From assembly GCF_030013205.1 (NCBI RefSeq), contig NZ_CP122648.1: a stretch of 64,000 nucleotides of DNA; one strand, 5' to 3'. The notes beneath the pieces were generated by a model. It was not told the origin of the DNA. It ran no database searches and saw only the letters and a program-made list of their open reading frames with translations. The translations under genes and the position numbers were made by a program. Positions within the stretch are counted from its first letter, which is position 1, and the number at the start of each line of letters is the position of its first letter. This document shows positions 9,839 to 19,036 of the stretch, piece after piece. The stretch is from Escherichia coli (GTDB lineage Bacteria > Pseudomonadota > Gammaproteobacteria > Enterobacterales > Enterobacteriaceae).

Positions 9839-11092
9839 TTACTGCCCGGCAATAACGATGCCCGTATATTCAGGAACAAGTACAGAGCAACCGTACAGAG
9901 TGGTGAAACGCGCAGTGGTTACGCCTTTGATGTGGTCGAAGGCGTAAGACATGATCAGCGTAGCGCCCTGCTCGGTGGTTGCTGTCATTACCTGTGGACC
10001 CTGACCAGTCGGGAACGCCAGTTTGCCGTACATCAGCTCAACAGAACCATCAGCCCAGAACAGGTTGGCCGGTGCGGCATTCTTGTTGAGAATGGTGATT
10101 GCTGCGCTACTTGCCGCGTTAGCATCAACGTTTGCATATGGTCGGCTGGCGACATCCGCGTTGTCAGGCGGCAGAATTTTCGGGGAGATAGTTACTGTCG
10201 TTCCGCTTACTGCCAGAACGCGGAATACCTGCGGCTGCCCGGTGGTATCTTTGGTGATCTGGTGTACGGAATTAACCCCTGCAATGGTAAACGCATCGCC
10301 AACCTGCAAACCTTCAGCAGATACCGTAATGGTCCCCTGTCGGTTATCCACTGGCATATCGTTAGCATCTTTCGCTTCAACCTTGTGCGCAGGTGCTGCT
10401 GCCAGCGTAATGGAAGTTGCTGTACCCTTCGGAACACGACCAGAAATATCGGTCTTGTAGCTATCGAAGGACGCAACAGGAGGGATCTGCGCTTTTTCGT
10501 ATGCTGTCAGGGTTGCGCCCTGAGCATAGGCACGGTGACCAAGCTCGCCAGCAAGGTCTTTGTAGTTGAAGGGGTTCCAGAAAGAGCGACGATTGATACC
10601 CTGCGGTACACCAATCGCCGTCATGGTGGCATCAATACCTGCCGCACAGTTCCACAAATCACGGCCCTGTGTACCTGTGGTTGAGTCAGCCATCGTGATC
10701 ACGTTAGTAGCACGCTGCGTGACCATGGAAATCAGGTCCGAGTCAATCTGTGCAGCAAGGCGCATACCTGCGGCGCGACCAGCTTCAGTTTTATGTTCCG
10801 GGTCACGCATTTCACGCGCATCCAGAGTGTACAGAATGTTTTTCGGCTCCTTGAACACAGAAGGAACAAGGCGCTGAACCAGTGCTGTTGGCGTTTTGCT
10901 GCTGAGGTCGAGGCCTTCCTCAATGTTCATGTGGTAATGCTGCGGACGATACAGAACATCACCTGCTCGCTGCATTGCTGTATCACCGGGACGGAATTTT
11001 TTAGCGTTACGGGAAACTACGCAGGCGGCCTCAAAGCCTTCAACGTAGTTTTCGAACATGATTTCAAGGTCTTTTGCTAATTGGTTAGCCAT
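9839..11092 (-). CDS. Major capsid (coat) protein, P22 gp5-like
   Basis: 417 aa following scaffold; C-terminal region similar to recalled P22 coat. Confidence 0.8.
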   Translation of the reverse strand: MANQLAKDLEIMFENYVEGFEAACVVSRNAKKFRPGDTAMQRAGDVLYRPQHYHMNIEEGLDLSSKTPTALVQRLVPSVFKEPKNILYTLDAREMRDPEHKTEAGRAAGMRLAAQIDSDLISMVTQRATNVITMADSTTGTQGRDLWNCAAGIDATMTAIGVPQGINRRSFWNPFNYKDLAGELGHRAYAQGATLTAYEKAQIPPVASFDSYKTDISGRVPKGTATSITLAAAPAHKVEAKDANDMPVDNRQGTITVSAEGLQVGDAFTIAGVNSVHQITKDTTGQPQVFRVLAVSGTTVTISPKILPPDNADVASRPYANVDANAASSAAITILNKNAAPANLFWADGSVELMYGKLAFPTGQGPQVMTATTEQGATLIMSYAFDHIKGVTTARFTTLYGCSVLVPEYTGIVIAGQ

Positions 11093-11110
11093 GCTTAATG
11101 CTCCGATAGG

Positions 11111-12004
11111 TTATTTTTTTGCCTTTTTAGCGGCGAAATACGGCGTCCAGTCACCAGTTTCCAGCGCCTTGGCTTTCAGTTTGTCGAGGTTATTGATTAC
11201 TGCGCCGTTGCTCCCCTTAACTGTCGGGGTTGTGGCTGCCGTGGTTTTTGCTTTTGGCATGATTCTGGCCTTCGATTCGATACGTTCCAGCAGACGACCA
11301 ATTGCTACGGGGTTGGTAGCTTCTGCCAGTTGCTTGCGCAGTTCAGCGTTGCGACCGAGCGCCAGAACAACGATTTCCGGCTTCTCTGACTCAAACAGGA
11401 TCGCGTTTTGTGTCTCGATGGGGATTTCCTCGAGTACGGCCTGTTCTGCTTCCTGATAGCCAGGAACCTTGAGAGCCTTAACACGTTGCTGATATTTGGA
11501 TAATCGCTCTTGATAGGCAGCCTGAAGCTCCTGCTCCTTCTGCTTGCGAGCCATCTCCTGTTGCTGGTACTTGCCGTTATCCTCTGCCCACTTAGCCATG
11601 CGTTGCTGATAGATTTCTTCATCGAAACCGATGTCCTCATCATCCAGTTTTGGCATTCGCGGTGGTTGAGTGATTACCGGCTGCTGCTCGACAGGTTTCT
11701 GAGACTGACGCATCAGCTCTTTCAGCTCGCGGTCTTTCTCTTTAATCGTCTTGCGCAGGTGTTTTACCAGTCCATGCTCTGCGCTATCTTCACTGGTTGG
11801 CGAATCCAGCTTTTCGTCACCAAAGTAGAATTCCTGTTCTGATTCGTCGTCATCAGTTTCAGTAGCTTCCTCTGCATCATTGCCGGAGGACTCACTGCCA
11901 TCTTCTGTTTCGACTTCTTCAGCCAGTTCGACATCATCAGGAATCTGCTCTGATGTATCGGTTTCGATTTCAACTTCTGGTGTGTTTTCTGCCATCTGGT
12001 CCAT
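11111..12004 (-). CDS. Scaffolding protein
   Basis: 297 aa, highly acidic N-terminus, Lys/Glu-rich helical protein between portal and coat. Confidence 0.8.
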   Translation of the reverse strand: MDQMAENTPEVEIETDTSEQIPDDVELAEEVETEDGSESSGNDAEEATETDDDESEQEFYFGDEKLDSPTSEDSAEHGLVKHLRKTIKEKDRELKELMRQSQKPVEQQPVITQPPRMPKLDDEDIGFDEEIYQQRMAKWAEDNGKYQQQEMARKQKEQELQAAYQERLSKYQQRVKALKVPGYQEAEQAVLEEIPIETQNAILFESEKPEIVVLALGRNAELRKQLAEATNPVAIGRLLERIESKARIMPKAKTTAATTPTVKGSNGAVINNLDKLKAKALETGDWTPYFAAKKAKK

Positions 12005-12094
12005 TTGTTACCCCTGTTTACTCGATGTTCAGCCCATCGGAAGGCAATAGGGTGCCAGGCCTCATAAAGACAGCCATTGCACGTTATGGGTTAA

Positions 12095-14293
12095 TTACTG
12101 CTGTGGTTGTTGCTGAGTTGATTTTTGCAGGATGCTGCTGATGTCCATGCGCTGCGCATGGCCCTGTGCCTGACTTTTCAGGACAAGCTCTGCATCAGCA
12201 CGGGCATTGTCTCCTTGCTGTTGCTGGAACTGTCCGAGCAGTTTCAGCGCCTCACGGATATCAGATTTCTGCTGACTATCGGCAGATGCGAGTATTTTCA
12301 CAACATTTGCCGCTGCAACCTGAGCATCAGTCTGTGCCTGGAATGCTTTAACCTGAATGGCTGCCTGTTCGTTCTGCGCTTTCTGCAATTCAGCCTGACC
12401 AGCAAGAAGCTGACCTTGCGCTGCAACCATAGCCGGATCTGGCTGACTGGCCTGTTGTTGTTTCGCCTGTTCAACCATCTGCTGTTCTTCTGGCGTTCTC
12501 GGCTTGATAACTCCAGACAGAAGCAACTGATTGCGGTTGTATTCTTTAAGGTCGTCCATCCCTTCGCCGTCCATATTGTCGAGGATCATCGACGATACAA
12601 GGTCGTGTTTCGGCGTTCCGGGCGGGATAAGTGCCAGCATGGAAAGTAACGACTTAACCGTTGCATCACGGCGAGTAGCGAACGACTGACCAACATCGAC
12701 AGTCACTTCATAGTTACCCTGCGAAAGGTCGTTAAGCGCGATAACCTGCCCTGTCTGACGGTCAACCACTTCACCAGTCATCAGCGCCACGTCATCGCTG
12801 CCGTCCTCATTAACGATACGCATCGGCGTATCACTGCCATAGACCTCACGCGCCATAGAAAGCCACACAACGCCAGCGCGACGCATGGATTTAGCCATGT
12901 TGTCCATGTAGATATAGGACTGCGTGTCCATCCGGTTAAAAATGCTATCAACGGTATCGGTGGCGACGTTGCTCGGCATGTTCTCAAGCTGCGACGCACC
13001 TGTAATTTGCTGAATAGCCGTTCCGGTGTACTGCAATAGCCCGGCAAGAGCTGGAGGCATTTGTGTCGGAGGCGTATAACTGCTGACCTGAGCCTGCGCA
13101 GTAATATCTCCGTTTTTGTTTTTCAGACTGACCATCGGCAGGAACGCCGGGCGCTTTTTGTTGCGCTCCGCCCAATGAGTGGCGAGAGGACCAGGAATCA
13201 TGTCAACATCAACTACAGGAATGCCATCACCGCCAGCCTGAGTAGCGTTATCTGCAATCATGGAAACCATCAGGTTCTCAAGACGCTGTGCATCCATCGC
13301 TTTTGCTGCGTGACCTTCGATTCGCTCCTGATTATCAACAAATGATCGACGCCCATATACCGGGATGAGAGGAATATGTTCGCCCGGAATACGCTTCGGT
13401 TCTTCCAGCCATTCAGCGCCAGACAGAAGACCGCAATAAACGCGGCGCTTCTTCACCGTTCGCTCGCCAATCAGTTCGAATGCACCATCGGTCAGCTCGT
13501 CGACAATATCTTTGATTTGCTCTTCATCATAAATTGCCGTTTCTCCGCTAACAGGGTTGCGCCACGCCGTGAGCTTCACCTTCTCTATGCGAACTTCGTA
13601 GTAGCGTCCAACATAGATGGCATCGGGCGTTGACCAGTCATACTGAGTACCAGTGTCATCACGAGAAAGGCTTGCTGCGATGGAATCAGGGTATTCAGCC
13701 TCGAACGCTTTGGGCGTCATGGAGAACATTTCCATAGCCCACATAGCATCAGAGCGGTCATATTGCTTGCTGTCCTGATCGAAGAAGACGCATGTCGCTG
13801 GGTCGTAAACAGGAAGAAGGCTGATGCGTCGCTGCTCGTTACTCGGATCCATTTCATCTTCGTAATCGGCACACATGCGGAAACAACCGAATCCGCCCGT
13901 TACAGCATCATCAAATGCGTTATCACACGCTTCACCACCGGATGTTTCCTGATAGTCAGCGCGGAATTTACCATTCATCTTTTCGGCTAACGCTTCCGAT
14001 GCCTTATCGTCCTTCGGCCTGAATTTAACGCTGATGCGATTCTGTCGATACTCGCCAATGATGCGATCACATTCACGGGCAATCTTATTCAGTTCAAAGC
14101 GCGGGTAATGCTCAAACCTGCCTTCATCAAATGAGTAACCAGCGTTTGTGCTGCCTTCCCACTGTGCGCCGGATACCCGGACGAAACGTTGAGCCTCAAT
14201 AATCTGCTCACGCATATCCTGCGTTGCTGACCAGGCATTATCAAAGTTGCACAGCACCTTGCGATGCCAGTCAGTCATCTTTTTTTCTGCCAT
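12095..14293 (-). CDS. Portal protein, P22 gp1-like
   Basis: 732 aa; C-terminal PRTPEEQQMVEQAKQQQASQPDPAMVAAQGQLLAGQAELQKAQNEQ closely resembles the recalled P22 portal barrel region. Confidence 0.9.
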   Translation of the reverse strand: MAEKKMTDWHRKVLCNFDNAWSATQDMREQIIEAQRFVRVSGAQWEGSTNAGYSFDEGRFEHYPRFELNKIARECDRIIGEYRQNRISVKFRPKDDKASEALAEKMNGKFRADYQETSGGEACDNAFDDAVTGGFGCFRMCADYEDEMDPSNEQRRISLLPVYDPATCVFFDQDSKQYDRSDAMWAMEMFSMTPKAFEAEYPDSIAASLSRDDTGTQYDWSTPDAIYVGRYYEVRIEKVKLTAWRNPVSGETAIYDEEQIKDIVDELTDGAFELIGERTVKKRRVYCGLLSGAEWLEEPKRIPGEHIPLIPVYGRRSFVDNQERIEGHAAKAMDAQRLENLMVSMIADNATQAGGDGIPVVDVDMIPGPLATHWAERNKKRPAFLPMVSLKNKNGDITAQAQVSSYTPPTQMPPALAGLLQYTGTAIQQITGASQLENMPSNVATDTVDSIFNRMDTQSYIYMDNMAKSMRRAGVVWLSMAREVYGSDTPMRIVNEDGSDDVALMTGEVVDRQTGQVIALNDLSQGNYEVTVDVGQSFATRRDATVKSLLSMLALIPPGTPKHDLVSSMILDNMDGEGMDDLKEYNRNQLLLSGVIKPRTPEEQQMVEQAKQQQASQPDPAMVAAQGQLLAGQAELQKAQNEQAAIQVKAFQAQTDAQVAAANVVKILASADSQQKSDIREALKLLGQFQQQQGDNARADAELVLKSQAQGHAQRMDISSILQKSTQQQPQQ

Positions 14294-14294
14294 A

Positions 14295-15710
14295 TCAACC
14301 TACACCACAAGGAATTGAGTAACTGGAATAGTCGGGTTGCGCAGCCGACTCTGGGCAATGCATACACATCATCAGCGCATCAGCCAGGTTAGGAGATGGA
14401 ATACCGAGCTTCTGCTTCATTTCGACCTTAGTCATAAGCTCCAGCTTCCCGTTGTTATTGAATTTGCGCTGAATCTGCGTCAGTTCTGCAAACAGCTTCT
14501 CCAGCATCTTCTCGCCTATCGCTTCTTTGTCAAAACTCAGCATGTCGTCGGGGTCCGCATACTCACCGTGAACAACCGCCCGATATGTCAGATACAGCCT
14601 GTCAGCCAGCGCGTAATAGAATTGCGCTCGCTTATTGCGGAATACATCGCCAATAGTGCGAACGTTGTCGCCCTGTACGGCTTCATCAGCCCATGCTCCG
14701 GCCTGATAAGGCGAATCTTCATCAAATGGCGATTCGCTGCCCTTGAACATCGTGGCGGTGATTTTCTTACCGGAGAACGCTTCCGCTGTCTGTCTGCGTA
14801 GACCTGCACCAACACCATCACCATCCCACAGGTAATGGTCAGCGCCGTCTTCAATAGCCAGCGAAGTAGCCCAGTCAGCACCCTCGTTGATGTCCATCAG
14901 CAGGCCTTCGGCAATGCGCTTAACAACCGAACCGTGACGCGATGCATAACCTTTAGCATCTGGCCCTGTATCTGATGGGTCATGTGCAGAAACAACCGCG
15001 CCTTTCGCTTTCCATCCGAGTTTCTTGTGCGCATCGGTTGCGGCTTCAAGCCATTCACGTTTGATGATTGCCATATCACTTGCGCTTACTGGCTCACCAA
15101 GCCAGATGTGACGATACAGTGTCTGATTTCTGCGTTTACACTCTTCCATCTCCAGACGGAGAACTTCAGGAAAATGCGGGTTGTCGGTGTAGTTCACCGT
15201 CAGCAGGCAAATATCATCGGGAGGATTTACAACGAATCGCTGATAGGTATCGTCGAGGATGTTCTTCGGGTTAAAGCTCACCCATATTTCGGAAAACGGC
15301 TTGCGGATGGTTGGTATCAGGATGTCCCATGATTCCTTTGTTACCGCTTCCGCTTCTTCCACCCAGCAGATATCAATGCCTTCTAGCGATTTAATCTTCG
15401 TTGGGTTGTTTTTTATGCCGTAGAACATGAATTCAGCATTCGTTCCGAGATGACGAATCATTGAACGCTGAATTTCAAACTCAGCCGAATACCCTTCACG
15501 CTCGATGGTGTCTTCAAGCAACCGGATTACCGAATCGCTGATACTGTTTTGCAGTTCACGAGCGCAGAGAATACGCACAGGCTGCCGACGCGCCGCTTCA
15601 ACAAGCAGCCTCGCAATTGCCCATGACTTACCGCTACCTCGACCGCCTTTGGCGACTTTGTAGCGATGCGCCTCAATGAACGGTTCAAAGATAGGATTAA
15701 TCGAGGTCAT
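14295..15710 (-). CDS. Terminase large subunit
   Basis: 471 aa with Walker A-like KGGRGSGKS near the N-terminus; sits between terS and portal. Confidence 0.9.
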   Translation of the reverse strand: MTSINPIFEPFIEAHRYKVAKGGRGSGKSWAIARLLVEAARRQPVRILCARELQNSISDSVIRLLEDTIEREGYSAEFEIQRSMIRHLGTNAEFMFYGIKNNPTKIKSLEGIDICWVEEAEAVTKESWDILIPTIRKPFSEIWVSFNPKNILDDTYQRFVVNPPDDICLLTVNYTDNPHFPEVLRLEMEECKRRNQTLYRHIWLGEPVSASDMAIIKREWLEAATDAHKKLGWKAKGAVVSAHDPSDTGPDAKGYASRHGSVVKRIAEGLLMDINEGADWATSLAIEDGADHYLWDGDGVGAGLRRQTAEAFSGKKITATMFKGSESPFDEDSPYQAGAWADEAVQGDNVRTIGDVFRNKRAQFYYALADRLYLTYRAVVHGEYADPDDMLSFDKEAIGEKMLEKLFAELTQIQRKFNNNGKLELMTKVEMKQKLGIPSPNLADALMMCMHCPESAAQPDYSSYSIPCGVG

Positions 15711-16147
15711 TTTCCGAATAGAGTGCTCATCGGTGATGTTTCAATCTGAATTGCGCCGCCGTCTTTGCCTGTTAGCTCGTGATCAACCTTGTCGCGCCAT
15801 TTATCCTTCTGTCGGTTCTTAAGCCAGAAGATGGCAGCGGTTGTATCAGGCGGGTAATACTTCTCAAGCGGAGTTTCGACAATTCTGTTTTCAATAACAC
15901 GAATATCGATGTCTGGAGCCACGAAGCCCATAGCGCGTTGATAAAGACGATCACTAACTTCTGCATCAGCGACGGCCTTACCCTTTTTTATGGACTCCGA
16001 AAACTTAGGATAATCAATCTTCCACTTGTTAATAGTTGACTCACTGACTTCAAAGAAATCAGCAAGTTCTGCATCGGTGTAGCCCAGCAAGCACAGTTTG
16101 CGTGCCTGTTCGGCATACGCCTCTTGATACTTTGTTGGGCGCGCCAT
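15707..16147 (-). CDS. Terminase small subunit
   Basis: 146 aa with N-terminal HTH-like region, overlapping the terL start. Confidence 0.8.
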   Translation of the reverse strand: MARPTKYQEAYAEQARKLCLLGYTDAELADFFEVSESTINKWKIDYPKFSESIKKGKAVADAEVSDRLYQRAMGFVAPDIDIRVIENRIVETPLEKYYPPDTTAAIFWLKNRQKDKWRDKVDHELTGKDGGAIQIETSPMSTLFGK

Positions 16148-16149
16148 GT

Positions 16150-16392
16150 TTATGCTCCGGTGGTGAACAGGTCTAACGCTTCCTTCGATTTACGCACCGC
16201 TTCGATAGTGCGGGTCGTGATATCCGAATTAGCGCCGCCTGACTGGAAGTGAATTTTGAATAGTTCAAGCTTCAGCTCGTCAGTGCCAATGAACTGAAAT
16301 GCTTCTTCTGCGGCTGCGTTCTGGTTCATGACCAGTTTGTAAATCTCTAACTGGAATTTCTGTTCTTCAGTCATGGGAATAATCTCTGCCAT
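16150..16392 (-). CDS. Hypothetical phage protein upstream of terS
   Basis: 80-aa ORF tightly packed against terS. Confidence 0.45.
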   Translation of the reverse strand: MAEIIPMTEEQKFQLEIYKLVMNQNAAAEEAFQFIGTDELKLELFKIHFQSGGANSDITTRTIEAVRKSKEALDLFTTGA

Positions 16393-16495
16393 TGTTGGCT
16401 CCGTTTATCCGTTAAAAGGGATATCAGTTAAGTTATCCCGTGTAGGGTATAAGCCATTATCAAAGCCACTCTGTAGGGAATGGCTTTTGTAATAA

Positions 16496-16876
16496 CTACT
16501 GTTCGCTTAGCTTCTGCTTCAGCAAGTAACCTTCGAGCATCCAGATTTTGTTTACAGCATTCTGCCGGGCAATCTTCCGACCAATTTCTGCATCAAAGTT
16601 TTCCGGGCTTGCACAGGCACTCTCTCCGGTAACGGTGAAGCCATTCTTCAGCACCAGTACGCAGAAAGTGAGCAACTTCAATGGTGATAAATCACGATCG
16701 CCTTCTTCTGGTTTTTCCCTGCCACAATATTCGTTGCTGGAAATGGCACCATTTCGTCCATCATAAGCAGTAAAGTAATGCTCGCTTTTAATCACGTCTT
16801 CGATGTGCTGCGGGGTGATTCGCGGTGCCGTTTTGCCTTTCTCAACGATTTCTTTTTCGATTTGCTGGTCGTTCAT
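16496..16876 (-). CDS. Phage protein of unknown function (possibly Gp49/Sf6 gp66-like)
   Basis: 126-aa ORF between the lysis remnant and terS; family assignment is recalled from position only and is unverified. Confidence 0.5.
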   Translation of the reverse strand: MNDQQIEKEIVEKGKTAPRITPQHIEDVIKSEHYFTAYDGRNGAISSNEYCGREKPEEGDRDLSPLKLLTFCVLVLKNGFTVTGESACASPENFDAEIGRKIARQNAVNKIWMLEGYLLKQKLSEQ

Positions 16877-17114
16877 AATTATGACCCTGTGGAGTGGTTG
16901 CTTGATTAGGATGTCTTTCCATCAGTCCGCCACCACAAAGAATCTTTTTTGCCATAAGGCTGGAGGTTCATCTTTCAGTGGCTGCCAGTGTTATTTCCCC
17001 ACTTACTGGCTTGGGTTGTTTCGCTGTACTGCCGTAACTGGTTACCCAGAATAAATTTTGGTTTCATTATCAAGCCCATCCGTAGATAGGCTTTGTAATG
17101 AACTGGCTCTTATC

Positions 17115-17267
17115 TCAACGCAGCCCCTTACCGCGCGCCAGATGCTCAATATCAAGCATCAGCAATGAGATGTTTAATCTGGATTCACTCCAGAAGTGAT
17201 CACCACCCTGTCTACAGAGCCAGATGTGAAGGATGATGAGTAGAATTATCGCTATCATCGAAGGCAT
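17115..17267 (-). CDS. Possible small ORF (50 aa) downstream of Rz remnant
   Basis: Hand translation MPSMIAIILLIILHIWLCRQGGDHFWSESRLNISLLMLDIEHLARGKGLR with AGGA RBS; start overlaps the Rz stop. Could be spurious. Confidence 0.25.
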   Translation of the reverse strand: MPSMIAIILLIILHIWLCRQGGDHFWSESRLNISLLMLDIEHLARGKGLR

Positions 17268-17480
17268 TGCGTCCTGATGTACTCCTGCAGGTAGTTAACC
17301 TGCGCGGTTATCCTGTCGATTCCACTTCGGAGACGGTAATAATTGAGTTCAGCATCTGCTGTAAGTCTTGGGCTTTCTCCATCGCCCATGCCGCTGGCTC
17401 TGGTCGTTGACTTTGCACAGGTGGCGGCGACTTGCAGGCGCTTACGACCAGCAGAAACATCAGCACGGAGACTTTCGATA
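17255..17480 (-). pseudogene. Rz: Rz (i-spanin) remnant, C-terminal part only
   Basis: ESLRADVSAGRKRLQVAATCAKSTTRASGMGDGESPRLTADAELNYYRLRSGIDRITAQVNYLQEYIRTQCLR aligns with the recalled lambda Rz C-terminus. The upstream part of the ORF has no Rz-like TM/N-terminal region and overlaps xis antisense. Confidence 0.65.
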
Positions 17481-17499
17481 TCGAAGCAGAGGACATCAA
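17308..17499 (-). CDS. Rz1: Rz1-like o-spanin lipoprotein, embedded in Rz frame +1
   Basis: Signal peptide with lipobox (LLVVSAC) followed by a proline-rich segment KSPPPVQSQRPEPAAW; the true start may be an internal Met. Confidence 0.65.
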   Translation of the reverse strand: MMSSASISKVSVLMFLLVVSACKSPPPVQSQRPEPAAWAMEKAQDLQQMLNSIITVSEVESTG

Positions 17500-17587
17500 C
17501 GACTGCTATAACCACTGGATGATATGGGCGCAGATAGCGCATGCAGACGTAACAAATATTCGAATTGAAGAACTGAAAGAACACCAA

Positions 17588-17608
17588 ACCGCCTGATGGC
17601 GGTTTTTT
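17588..17608 (+). terminator. Terminator-like hairpin upstream of xis
   Basis: ACCGCC-TGAT-GGCGGT followed by TTTTTT. Confidence 0.4.
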
Positions 17609-17635
17609 CTTGCGTGTAATTGCGGAGACTTTGCG

Positions 17636-17854
17636 ATGTACTTGACACTTCAGGAGTGGAACGCACGCCAGCGGCGCCCAAGAAGCCTTGAAACAGTTCG
17701 TCGATGGGTACGCGAGTGCAGGATATTCCCTCCTCCGGTTAAGGATGGAAGAGAGTATCTGTTCCACGAATCAGCGGTAAAGGTTGACTTAAATCGACCA
17801 ATAACAGGTAGCCTTTTGAAGAGGATCGGAAATGGGAAGAAGGCGAAGTCATGA
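17636..17854 (+). CDS. xis: Excisionase, lambda Xis-type
   Basis: 72 aa, MYLTLQEWNARQRRPRSLETVRRWVRECRIFPPPVKDGREYLFHESAVKVDLNRPITGSLLKRIGNGKKAKS matches recalled lambda Xis; overlaps the int start. Confidence 0.93.
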   Translation: MYLTLQEWNARQRRPRSLETVRRWVRECRIFPPPVKDGREYLFHESAVKVDLNRPITGSLLKRIGNGKKAKS

Positions 17855-18902
17855 GCGCCGGGATTTACCCCCTAACCTTTATATAAGAAACAATGGATAT
17901 TACTGCTACAGGGACCCAAGGACGGGTAAAGAGTTTGGATTAGGCCGAGACAGGCGAATCGCAATCACTGAAGCTATACAGGCCAACATTGAGTTATTTT
18001 CAGGACACAAACACAAGCCTCTGACAGCGAGAATCAACAGTGATAATTCTGTTACGTTACATTCATGGCTTGATCGCTACGAAAAAATCCTCGCCAGCAG
18101 AGGAATCAAGCAGAAGACACTCATAAATTACATGAGCAAAATTAAAGCAATAAGGAGGGGGCTACCTGATGTTCCACTTGAAGACATCACCACAAAAGAA
18201 ATTGCGGCAATGCTCAATGGATACATAGACGAGGGCAAGGCGGCGTCAGCCAAGTTAATCAGATCAACACTGAGCGATGCATTCCGAGAGGCAATAGCTG
18301 AAGGCCATATAACAATAAACCCGGTCGCTGCCACTCGCGCTGCAAAATCAGAGGTAAGGAGATCAAGACTTACGGCTGACGAATACCTGAAAATTTATCA
18401 AGCAGCAGAATCATCACCATGTTGGCTCAGACTTGCAATGGAACTGGCTGTTGTTACCGGGCAGCGAGTTGGTGATTTATGCGAAATGAAGTGGTCTGAT
18501 ATCGTAGATGGATATCTTTATGTCGAGCAAAGCAAAACAGGTGTAAAAATTGCCATCCCTACAACATTGCATGTTGATGCTCTCGGGATATCAATGAAGG
18601 AAACACTTGATAAATGCAAAGAGATTCTTGGCGGAGAAACCATAATTGCATCTACTCGTCGTGAACCGCTTTCATCCGGCACAGTATCAAGGTATTTTAT
18701 GCGCGCACGAAAAGCATCAGGTCTTTCCTTCGAAGGGGATCCGCCCACCTTTCACGAGTTGCGCAGTTTGTCTGCAAGACTCTATGAGAAGCAGATAAGC
18801 GATAAGTTTGCTCAACATCTTCTCGGGCATAAGTCGGACACCATGGCATCACAGTATCGTGACGACAGAGGCAGGGAGTGGGACAAAATTGAAATCAAAT
18901 AA
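17832..18902 (+). CDS. int: Tyrosine integrase, lambda Int-type
   Basis: 356 aa, near-identical to recalled lambda Int from MGRRRSHERRDLPPNLYIRNNGYYCYRDPRTGKEFGLGRDRRIA to HLLGHKSDTMASQYRDDRGREWDKIEIK. Confidence 0.95.
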   Translation: MGRRRSHERRDLPPNLYIRNNGYYCYRDPRTGKEFGLGRDRRIAITEAIQANIELFSGHKHKPLTARINSDNSVTLHSWLDRYEKILASRGIKQKTLINYMSKIKAIRRGLPDVPLEDITTKEIAAMLNGYIDEGKAASAKLIRSTLSDAFREAIAEGHITINPVAATRAAKSEVRRSRLTADEYLKIYQAAESSPCWLRLAMELAVVTGQRVGDLCEMKWSDIVDGYLYVEQSKTGVKIAIPTTLHVDALGISMKETLDKCKEILGGETIIASTRREPLSSGTVSRYFMRARKASGLSFEGDPPTFHELRSLSARLYEKQISDKFAQHLLGHKSDTMASQYRDDRGREWDKIEIK

Positions 18903-18990
18903 TGATTTTATTTTGACTGATAGTGACCTGTTCGTTGCAACAAATTGATAAGCAATGCTTTTTTATAATGCCAACTTAGTATAAAAAAGC
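18903..18990. other. attL: lambda P' arm plus 15-bp core TTAGTATAAAAAAGC (core at 18976-18990)
   Basis: Sequence after the int stop matches the recalled lambda attP P' arm (GATTTTATTTTGACTGATAGTGACCTGTTCGTTGCAACAAATTGATAAGCAATGCTTTTTTATAATGCCAAC) and ends in the reverse complement of the GCTTTTTTATACTAA core; bacterial DNA toward ybhC follows. Confidence 0.85.
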
Positions 18991-19036
18991 AGGCTTCAAC
19001 GGATTCATTTTTCTATTTCATAGCCCGGAGCAACCT

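Larger units (their letters stand above)
1..18990. mobile_element. Prophage, left part in window: P22-like structural module joined to lambda-type int-xis-attL at the lambda attachment site; internally deleted, probably defective
   Basis: Contiguous minus-strand phage late genes (terS, terL, portal, scaffold, coat, needle, ejection proteins, tailspike), immI-like region, then xis/int and the 15-bp lambda att core next to ybhC. The element continues beyond the window start. Confidence 0.85.

Noticed and set aside
9785-10684. 299-aa plus-strand ORF
   Set aside because: Antisense to the coat protein gene; Cys/Arg-rich low-complexity translation typical of a shadow ORF.
17255-17767. 170-aa minus-strand ORF as a single intact gene
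   Set aside because: Only the C-terminal ~75 residues resemble Rz; the N-terminal part overlaps xis antisense and lacks the Rz TM segment. Treated as an Rz remnant fused across a deletion junction.
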